Assembly (NCBI GenBank): GCA_015232315.1
Contig: JADFZZ010000003.1
Coordinates: 156,732 to 220,731, forward strand
Source of the DNA: SAR324 cluster bacterium
Lineage (GTDB): Bacteria > SAR324 > NAC60-12
DNA length: 64,000 nucleotides
Reading direction: 5' to 3'
Below are positions 25,945-33,224 of the stretch, piece after piece. The translations under genes were made by a program, and so were the position numbers. Each line of letters starts with the position of its first letter. Position 1 is the first letter of the stretch. The notes below the pieces were generated by a model, which worked only from the letters and a program-made list of their open reading frames with translations, made no database searches and was not told the DNA's origin.

Positions 25945-28679
25945 GTATTAAAGATACCTGTCCTCAACGAGAAACTTGCTTGAACAGTGATGATTGTGGC
26001 GATAAAAAGATTTGTCCGCAAAGATATAAAAAATATATCGTCATCACTGCAATCATTTCTTTAATTTTTGTATTTGCGGTCGTCCGATACGAATTGTATG
26101 ACGAATACTATGGCTCACAGAAAAATACCAGCCATCATGCGATCTTCCCGACACCGGATGCAAATCAATATCAGCCTCGGAACCCTGTGCCTGGTCCATC
26201 GCTGTCTCAACAAAATACTCAGCCTGGCAATGGTAATGGCGGTCCATATCGTTCACCAAACCCCAATGGAGGTCACCGTTCCCCCCCCAATAACGGCCCA
26301 CTCCGATCACAGAATCCTAATGGAGGAGGTCCATACCGTTCACAAAATCCTGTGAATGCTGTTGCTGTGGCGCAAACTCAAACTCCGATGGCAACCATGC
26401 CTGTCCAGCAAAGCCCCCTGGTACAGATAATCGAGTTTGCCAAACAAACGGTGGTGAACATCAGTACAATTCGCCCTATATCTACCCAAAAACAGAATCA
26501 AAATCCGAATCAGCAAGCTGGATTCACTTCACCTAATAGTGGTGAAGGAATGGAAAGTATCGGATCAGGCGTAATTGTCACCCAGGATGGGTATATTGTC
26601 ACCAATTATCATGTTGTGCAAAAATCACCGGATCTTTACGTCATCGTTTTCACAGACAATGGAACATCCCAGTACCCTGCTGAGATCATTGCCATGTCAG
26701 AACGACTTGATCTGGCGTTGATAAAGATTGAACCGAATATGATGCTTCAACCAGCTCCCTTGAGTAATGATCGCAGACTCAGCCTGGGCGAAGAAGTCGT
26801 CGCGATTGGCAGTCCTTTTGGTCTGGACCAGACTGTGAGTAAAGGGATCATTTCCGGCTTAAAAAAATCAATCAGAATTGACAACATCACCCATAAGAAT
26901 CTGATCCAGACAGATGCCGCCATCAATCGGGGGAATTCTGGAGGACCATTGATTGATATGACCGGTTATGTCATTGGGATAAACACAGCCATTTATGTCC
27001 CATCCGCGTCTTTTGCAGGGATCAGCTTTGCGGTTTCTTCCAAGGATGCGATCGAATTTTTAGAGGACTTGATTCGGTTACCACGCATTCAGCCAAATCT
27101 GAATGCCCATGCAAAAGCAATTAGGGTCGCGGCGGTAAACGCACCGGCAATTGTGGCCGGAACGCCCAATCCGCATGGTGATAGAGGTCCCTGTGAACTA
27201 TGTCATCAGATTATCGGAAATCAATCCACCGGACAGTTCAACAATGCCATGCCTGTCGCGGCGGTCATTGCGCCACCCATCATGGCAGGTGCCGCCATGC
27301 CGCATGGCGACAGGGGACCTTGCGAACAATGTCATCAAATCATCAATCCAACTCAGTCTAATGCGGCCATGCCTGTCGCCGCGATCATTGCGCCACCCAT
27401 CATGGCAGGTGCCGCCATGCCACATGGTGACAGGGGACCTTGCGAACAATGTCATCAAATCATTGGCAATCAATCACCTGGACAGCAATTCGCTGCTTCC
27501 CCCAATGTTGTCGCGCAACAGAATCAATTCGCCATGCCACCCGGACGTTATCAGGGGAATCAGGTTCCAGGCCAACCACAGGGAGCAAATGTGGCGTTCA
27601 CTGTGCCAAACATGGATTTGGAGTGGATGGGGGCCTTCCTGAAACAAATGACTCAAGATGTCGGTGGCGGTGTGTTTTTAAGTGCGATTACACCGAATTC
27701 CAAGGCACAGAAAGCTGGTTTGCAAGCAGGTGATATCATCTTTCGGGTGGAGGGGAAAAAAATACTGGATCCAAAAGATCTGATTGAGTTTACAAAGAAT
27801 ATCAATGATACCGCACGCGTGTCAGTGATCAGGAATGGGAATAAGCAGGATATCTTTGTGGACCTGCAGAACAAACCCGCGCCTGTTGACAATGTCGGTC
27901 CACCGGAAGTAACTCCACCAGATCAACCTGCGGCAGTAGGAAATGGTATTCAACAACCGATTGCTGGAAATGGTGCTGAACCACCGTTTGCTGGAAATGG
28001 TGCTGAACCACCGTTTGCGGGAAATGGTATTCAGCGTCCTCCCAGACGCAGACCAGCTCTGACTGAACTTGAATTATTAGGAATGGAGCTTACCCCGAAT
28101 ATGAACGGACAAGCTCAAGTCACTGATATTGGACGTAATTCAGTGGCATTCCGGTCTGGCATTCGAATGAATGATCTGATTCTTTCAATTGATCAGGTTC
28201 CCATTGAGTCACTTGCCACCGTCAATGAGTTGATCAATATCAACCAACCGGACAATGCTATTGAAATTGTACGGGGTAACCGTCAATTTTTTATCAGACT
28301 CACCGACAACCCCATGCCACAGAATCAACAGGCAATGGCTGGAAATGTCGCTTTGCAGAACCGTATGTCGGCAAATCAAGGGGGTGGGGCAGTGAATGGA
28401 GCTATGCAGAATCCTGCACCAGGACCAGCAGTCACAGAACTGGAAATATTAGGAATGGAAATTAAACCCACTCCAGAGGGCGGGGCGCTTGTAAGAAATG
28501 TTGATATCAATACCCTGGCATACAATGCGGGAATTCGAAAAAATGATATCATCGTCTCAATTGATCAGGTTCCAATAAAAGATCTTGCTACGATGCAGGA
28601 AATGATCAACGTCAAACAACCCGATAATCTGGTTGAAATTGCGAGAAATAATCGTAAGCAATTTTTAACTCTTAAATAA
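25941..28679 (+). CDS. mamE: MamE (copy 2): protease core + three magnetochromes + three PDZ domains
   Basis: 912 aa: Cys-rich N-terminus, TM, Pro/Asn/Gly-rich linker, intact triad contexts TNYHVV / LDLALIKI / GNSGGP. Three magnetochrome units each read PHGDRGPC-E-x-CHQII. Three PDZ-like segments follow. Confidence 0.9.
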   Translation: MSIKDTCPQRETCLNSDDCGDKKICPQRYKKYIVITAIISLIFVFAVVRYELYDEYYGSQKNTSHHAIFPTPDANQYQPRNPVPGPSLSQQNTQPGNGNGGPYRSPNPNGGHRSPPNNGPLRSQNPNGGGPYRSQNPVNAVAVAQTQTPMATMPVQQSPLVQIIEFAKQTVVNISTIRPISTQKQNQNPNQQAGFTSPNSGEGMESIGSGVIVTQDGYIVTNYHVVQKSPDLYVIVFTDNGTSQYPAEIIAMSERLDLALIKIEPNMMLQPAPLSNDRRLSLGEEVVAIGSPFGLDQTVSKGIISGLKKSIRIDNITHKNLIQTDAAINRGNSGGPLIDMTGYVIGINTAIYVPSASFAGISFAVSSKDAIEFLEDLIRLPRIQPNLNAHAKAIRVAAVNAPAIVAGTPNPHGDRGPCELCHQIIGNQSTGQFNNAMPVAAVIAPPIMAGAAMPHGDRGPCEQCHQIINPTQSNAAMPVAAIIAPPIMAGAAMPHGDRGPCEQCHQIIGNQSPGQQFAASPNVVAQQNQFAMPPGRYQGNQVPGQPQGANVAFTVPNMDLEWMGAFLKQMTQDVGGGVFLSAITPNSKAQKAGLQAGDIIFRVEGKKILDPKDLIEFTKNINDTARVSVIRNGNKQDIFVDLQNKPAPVDNVGPPEVTPPDQPAAVGNGIQQPIAGNGAEPPFAGNGAEPPFAGNGIQRPPRRRPALTELELLGMELTPNMNGQAQVTDIGRNSVAFRSGIRMNDLILSIDQVPIESLATVNELININQPDNAIEIVRGNRQFFIRLTDNPMPQNQQAMAGNVALQNRMSANQGGGAVNGAMQNPAPGPAVTELEILGMEIKPTPEGGALVRNVDINTLAYNAGIRKNDIIVSIDQVPIKDLATMQEMINVKQPDNLVEIARNNRKQFLTLK
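27244..27470 (+). repeat. Tandem 120-bp duplication inside mamE-2 (duplicated magnetochrome unit)
   Basis: 27244-27343 and 27364-27463 are nearly identical and encode AMPVAA(V/I)IAPPIMAGAAMPHGDRGPCEQCHQII twice. Confidence 0.9.
27939..28046 (+). repeat. Four tandem 27-bp units inside mamE-2
   Basis: They encode GNGIQQPIA-GNGAEPPFA-GNGAEPPFA-GNGIQRPP. The two central units are identical at the DNA level except the last codon. Confidence 0.85.
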
Positions 28680-28695
28680 ATAGGGGGGATCCAGT

Positions 28696-30816
28696 ATGGC
28701 TAGTGGAGAAAGTAATCAAATAAGAAGACAGTCTACAAGACAAGCAGATGCATCAGAGACTGTTCTGCAATTGAACAGGCTTGAGACAAACCCCTGGAGA
28801 AATACCGGGGAGAGTTCACGAATTTCTTCGTCAATTATCACAAGAACCTTGCCTCGATCAAATAATGAAGATTCTGACCAGCCAAGGAACTTTGTCAAAT
28901 TTTCAGAAAACGAAAATCCATGGAAAAAAGCTGAAACCCAACAACCCGAAAAGGTCGGACCCCTGAACATTACTAAAAGGACCCATGTATACCATGCAAC
29001 GAATAATCCATGGGATCGAGCCGCTGAGCGAGAGCGTATAGCCGCGGAACAACGCCTTGCGGCGCAAAAGGCTGAAGAGGAAGCAAAAGCGGCAATTGCC
29101 GAGCAGGAACGACAATTGAGAGAAGCCGAACTGGAACGCATCACAGTTCAACGGGCTTTGGATGAAAGAAAAGCGGCAATTGCCGGGCAGGAACGACAAT
29201 TGAGAGAAGCCGAGTTGAAACGTTTGACTGAGCAGAAAAAAGAAGAGACTCGAAGAGCGGCTTTGGCTGAACAGGAGCTTCAGGCAAAAGAAGCTGAACT
29301 GAAGCGTTTGGCCGCACAAAAAGAAACTGAGGCCCGAAGAGCGGCGTTGGCTGAGCAGGAGCTTCAGGCAAAAGAAGCTGAACTGAAGCGCTTAACTGAA
29401 CAAAAAGCGGCAGAGGCGGGAAGATTGGCCTTGGTAGAACAGGAACTTCTGGCAAAACAACGGGAACTTGAACAGCAATCCTCGAAGGAAAAAGAAAAAG
29501 AGTACCTTGCCGAACAGGAAATTCAGACAACTGAAGAAGATTCGGAAACGCAGGATTCCGAACATGAGCAGGAACTTCAGGCAAAAGAAGCTGAACTGAA
29601 AATTTTAGCTTCGGAGAAGGCCGAAGAAGAAAGAAAAATTGCTTTGCTTGAGCAGGAGCGTCAGGCAAAAGAAACCGAATTGAAGCGTTTGGCCGCGGAG
29701 AAAACCGAAGACGAGAAAAGAGCCGCGATGGCAGAGCAGGAGCGTCAGGCAAAAGAAACCGAATTGAAGCGTTTGGCTGCGGAGAAAGCCGAAGACGAGA
29801 AAAGAGCCGCGATGGCAGAGCAGGAGCGTCAGGCAAAAGAAGCCGCATTAGAACTTCAAGTTGCTCAGAAAGCAGCAGAAACAAGAAAAGCGGCTCTTGC
29901 AGAGCAAGAACGTCAGTTAAAGGAAGTAGAGCAGGAACTTCACGCAGCACAGAAGGCCGAAGAAGAAAGAAGATTTGCCCTGTATGAACAAGAACGTCTG
30001 GCAAAGGAAGCTGAGGAGGACCGTTTGGAAAAGGAAGCAGAATTAGAAAAACAAGCCTTTGAAATTCCCGGTGAAAATACAAGCCGACGGGGTTTTAATA
30101 TTCCTAAAATCATGCTGGAACGCCAATCTGTTCAGGAACGTCAGGCAAAAGAAAAGGCAGAGGCTGAACTGAAAGCTTCTCAAGTAGCCCGGGAAGACCG
30201 GGCAAAAGAAAAAGCAGAGGCTGAAAGAACCGCATCCCTTGCGACCAGCGAAAGTCAGGCCCGTGAAGTGGAATCTGAACCACGGGTATCCCCGGAGAAA
30301 ACCACAAAGGTAGAAAATGAAACAGCACTGGTTGTTGTTAATACAAAGCAAAAGAAAAAAAGGTCTATAGCGGTTTCAGGTGTTGGAAGCAAACGTGTGT
30401 CTCTCCCAAAAGTGCGTGAGACTTCTGATAAAACAGACACTGTCAGGAAAAAAGTTGGTTTCGGATTTTTTAGAGCTAAAGCAAAAGGAGAAACCGAAAC
30501 CAAAAATGAAAATTCAGTCATCAAACCGGCTTTGCAAAGCCGACTTGGTTTTCGTAAAAAGGTAGAAACTGAAAATTCTGAAGCCAGGTCACAAACACCT
30601 AAAAAAATAAATTTCGGGAAATCCTTCAAATTACCGGATTTTTCAATAGCGTCATCCAAACCAAAACAGAAAATCAGTATTGAGGTTTCAGGAACTAAAG
30701 AAGCATCAACTTCCGAAACTGAAACGTCTTTAATCAAAGCCAGGTCAGGGAATACACTGGACTCTGGAAAAAAACTTTTTACTTCCTATGAAGTAAAAAG
30801 AAAGAAAAAAGCATAA
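28696..30816 (+). CDS. Highly charged repeat / coiled-coil protein at the mamJ position
   Basis: 706 aa. A G-rich RBS lies upstream. About eleven tandem 28-aa E/K/A/Q-rich repeats (e.g. AEQERQAKETELKRLAAEKAEDEKRAAM) are followed by a Ser/Lys-rich tail. No family recognised. Confidence 0.8.
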   Translation: MASGESNQIRRQSTRQADASETVLQLNRLETNPWRNTGESSRISSSIITRTLPRSNNEDSDQPRNFVKFSENENPWKKAETQQPEKVGPLNITKRTHVYHATNNPWDRAAERERIAAEQRLAAQKAEEEAKAAIAEQERQLREAELERITVQRALDERKAAIAGQERQLREAELKRLTEQKKEETRRAALAEQELQAKEAELKRLAAQKETEARRAALAEQELQAKEAELKRLTEQKAAEAGRLALVEQELLAKQRELEQQSSKEKEKEYLAEQEIQTTEEDSETQDSEHEQELQAKEAELKILASEKAEEERKIALLEQERQAKETELKRLAAEKTEDEKRAAMAEQERQAKETELKRLAAEKAEDEKRAAMAEQERQAKEAALELQVAQKAAETRKAALAEQERQLKEVEQELHAAQKAEEERRFALYEQERLAKEAEEDRLEKEAELEKQAFEIPGENTSRRGFNIPKIMLERQSVQERQAKEKAEAELKASQVAREDRAKEKAEAERTASLATSESQAREVESEPRVSPEKTTKVENETALVVVNTKQKKKRSIAVSGVGSKRVSLPKVRETSDKTDTVRKKVGFGFFRAKAKGETETKNENSVIKPALQSRLGFRKKVETENSEARSQTPKKINFGKSFKLPDFSIASSKPKQKISIEVSGTKEASTSETETSLIKARSGNTLDSGKKLFTSYEVKRKKKA
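29030..30050 (+). repeat. Array of 84-bp (28-codon) tandem repeats within the 706-aa gene
   Basis: Units 29651-29734 and 29735-29818 are almost identical. Earlier units (about 29270-29440) form a second near-identical pair, and the outer units are more diverged. Confidence 0.85.
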
Positions 30817-31041
30817 TCATTTTCTAAAATTTGTAATCGTAAAAAATTTCCTGCTGTCAATAATTTGGTGAAGAAATCCTGTGGTTTCCCACGATGTCAT
30901 CCCCGTGAAAACGGGGAACCAGGAGTGCGCCGATGGATTCCGTGTCAAGCACGGAATGACGCCGGGCAAAGGTTTGAACCGGATGCCATCGTCAGAAAAT
31001 TTACAGCGGGAAAAATTATTAGTCCAATCATGAGGGGGTAT

Positions 31042-32067
31042 ATGAAAAAAACACAATTGAGAATAGGTATTGATCTTGGCACATCAAGAACAGCAGTTCG
31101 TTCAGACCGTGGCGCAAAAGCCGTTTTTCCATCGGTGGTCGGGTATCCACGAGACATTATTGGAACCAAGCTGTTGAATGGAACAAAAGCCGTGGGTGAT
31201 GATGCCATTGAAAAAAGGTCATACTTGACGCTGATCAATCCTCTGGATTTGGGCGTGATCAAGGAAACAAGTGAAATCGATATGGAAGCGGCAAAAGATA
31301 TTTTGGAACATGCCATAGCGATTACGCAACCGGAAGAACATGATGAGATTTGTGCTGTGATTGGTGTTCCTGCCAGAGCCTCCTTTTCCAACAAGGAAAC
31401 TCTGCTTCGCTTGGCAAAAGAACTGACTGAAGTGACACTGGTCGTTTCTGAACCATTCATGGTGGCCTATGGGATGGGCAAACTGAACAAGGCTATCATG
31501 ATTGATATTGGTGCCGGAACAACGGATATTTGCGCGTTGAAAGGGGTTGTGCCCAATTCAGAGGATCAGGTTACAATCTCAAAAGGCGGAGATCATATTG
31601 ACCATCTGTTGAAGGCGATGATACAGGAACATTACCCTGATATTCAGATCACCAAACGCGTTGTTCAGAATATTAAAGAAAAATACTCCTTCGTTGGAGA
31701 CATCAAAGAACCGGTGATCGTTCAGTTCAGAGCCAATGGAAAACCCAAGGAATATGATGTGTCTAAAGAAATAAAAGCCGCCTGTGAATCTTTGATAGCG
31801 CCGATTGTCGAGCAGGTTGAATATTTACTGGTCCGGTTTGATCCTGAAGATCAGGAAGAAGCATTACTGAATATTTATCTTGCTGGAAACGGATCTCTGA
31901 TCAGGGGCCTGGACAAAGCAATCGCGGAAAAACTGAAGGAATGTGGTGAGGTCAAGGTGTCCTGTGTGGCTGATCCTGATTTTGCAGGATGCAATGGGGC
32001 CTTGAAGCTCGCGGTGGATCTGCCGATTGAGCACTGGCATCAAATCGGAGACGTCATAGGATCTTAA
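31042..32067 (+). CDS. mamK: Actin-like magnetosome filament protein MamK (copy 2)
   Basis: ATG 31042 follows GAGGGGG. 341 aa with LRIGIDLGTSRT, MIDIGAGTTDI and IYLAGNGS. The track ORF start at 30865 runs through REP-like hairpins and is unlikely to be real. Confidence 0.9.
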   Translation: MKKTQLRIGIDLGTSRTAVRSDRGAKAVFPSVVGYPRDIIGTKLLNGTKAVGDDAIEKRSYLTLINPLDLGVIKETSEIDMEAAKDILEHAIAITQPEEHDEICAVIGVPARASFSNKETLLRLAKELTEVTLVVSEPFMVAYGMGKLNKAIMIDIGAGTTDICALKGVVPNSEDQVTISKGGDHIDHLLKAMIQEHYPDIQITKRVVQNIKEKYSFVGDIKEPVIVQFRANGKPKEYDVSKEIKAACESLIAPIVEQVEYLLVRFDPEDQEEALLNIYLAGNGSLIRGLDKAIAEKLKECGEVKVSCVADPDFAGCNGALKLAVDLPIEHWHQIGDVIGS

Positions 32068-32071
32068 ACTC

Positions 32072-32299
32072 ATGGTAATGGCAAAACGCATTTTTTCATT
32101 CATTCTATGGGCATTGGTCCTGGTTTTTACCCTGGAAAATTTTGATATTGTCCAGGTGCGATTTATTGCAGGGCCTCTTGTGAAAATGCCCCTTGCGTTT
32201 GTTTTGGTGATCGGCTTTGTTGCCGGTTATCTACTTGCCGCAATCAGCACAAGAATAAAAATATACAAGCGTGACAGAGAACTGGAAGATAATGATTAA
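32072..32299 (+). CDS. mamL: MamL-like small two-TM protein (LapA-domain-like)
   Basis: 75 aa. FSFILWALVLVFTLENFDIVQVRFIAGPLVKMPLAFVLVIGFVAGYLL followed by a basic/acidic tail. It sits between mamK and mamM, as mamL does in mamAB operons. Confidence 0.45.
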   Translation: MVMAKRIFSFILWALVLVFTLENFDIVQVRFIAGPLVKMPLAFVLVIGFVAGYLLAAISTRIKIYKRDRELEDND

Positions 32300-32319
32300 A
32301 GCGGAACGATCGGTCAAAA

Positions 32320-33222
32320 ATGCAATTTTCTAAATGTACTGTTTGTTATAAAACAATTGGCTGGACGGGGCTTGTCTCCAATATTTTTCTGTCAGGCTTG
32401 AAGTTGTTTGTCGGGATCGTCGCAGGCTCGCAGGCGCTGATTGCGGACGCGATGTATTCATTTAAAGATCTCATTTCGTCGGTTCTGATCATCATCGGAT
32501 TGAAAATTTCCTTAAAACCGGTTGATCTTGAGCACCCTTACGGGCATGGCAAGGTTGAATTTATCCTTACCTTGGTGGTCAGTGTGGTCTTTATCGGTTT
32601 GACGGGATTAATACTCCTGTTGACCATGGACCATTTTTTTCAGGGCTACCACAAACCACCTCACCTTATCGCGTTAGCTGTCGCTGTATTTTCCGTCGTC
32701 GCGAATCTGTTCCTGTTCAAATATACCAGATGTGTTTCGACTCAAATCAACAGTCCAATGGTCAAAACCTTATCCAAGCATCATGGTGCTGACGCCTTGT
32801 CATCCGTCGCTGTTTCGGCGGGTATCATCGGCGCGCATTACATGGGCCTGATCTGGATGGATTCGCTGGTAGCCGTCTTTGAAACGATCCATCTGTTATA
32901 TCTCGGTGTTGAGATATTCTGGGAATCGTTTAAAGGTTTGATGGATTATTCCGCTCCAGCCGATGTTTTGAGAAAAATTCAACAGACAGTATTGGACTTT
33001 GACGAGGTAAAGACGGTAGAAACCCTCAAAACAAGGCAAGTTGGACAAGGTATATGGATTGATATTGTGATTGGAGTGAATCCTGATTTGAGAGTGGATG
33101 AAGCCTATGATGTCGGGTGTCAGGTTGAAGCTGTGCTGTTTGAAACGATCGAGCATGTGGCCGCTGTGAATGTACGTTTTGGAGCTCATGATTCCAGAAA
33201 ACTCCTTACTCAAGGATTGTAA
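32320..33222 (+). CDS. mamM: MamM (CDF family)
   Basis: 300 aa. The N-terminus MQFSKCTVCYKTIGW, the TM2 site LIADAMYSFKD (Tyr/Asp) and TM5 HHGADALSS match what I recall of MamM. A C-terminal CDF domain is present. Confidence 0.85.
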   Translation: MQFSKCTVCYKTIGWTGLVSNIFLSGLKLFVGIVAGSQALIADAMYSFKDLISSVLIIIGLKISLKPVDLEHPYGHGKVEFILTLVVSVVFIGLTGLILLLTMDHFFQGYHKPPHLIALAVAVFSVVANLFLFKYTRCVSTQINSPMVKTLSKHHGADALSSVAVSAGIIGAHYMGLIWMDSLVAVFETIHLLYLGVEIFWESFKGLMDYSAPADVLRKIQQTVLDFDEVKTVETLKTRQVGQGIWIDIVIGVNPDLRVDEAYDVGCQVEAVLFETIEHVAAVNVRFGAHDSRKLLTQGL

Positions 33223-33224
33223 TC

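Noticed and set aside
29141-30082. 313-aa ORF on the minus strand inside the 706-aa repeat gene
   Set aside because: It is the antisense shadow of an E/K/A-rich repeat and gives L/F/P/S-rich low-complexity text. It has no RBS. The sense ORF is longer, has an RBS, and fits the operon.
30865-31041. 59-codon N-terminal extension of mamK-2 suggested by the ORF track
   Set aside because: The extension runs through REP-like hairpins. A good RBS (GAGGGGG) precedes ATG 31042, and the resulting 341-aa protein matches the MamK core length.
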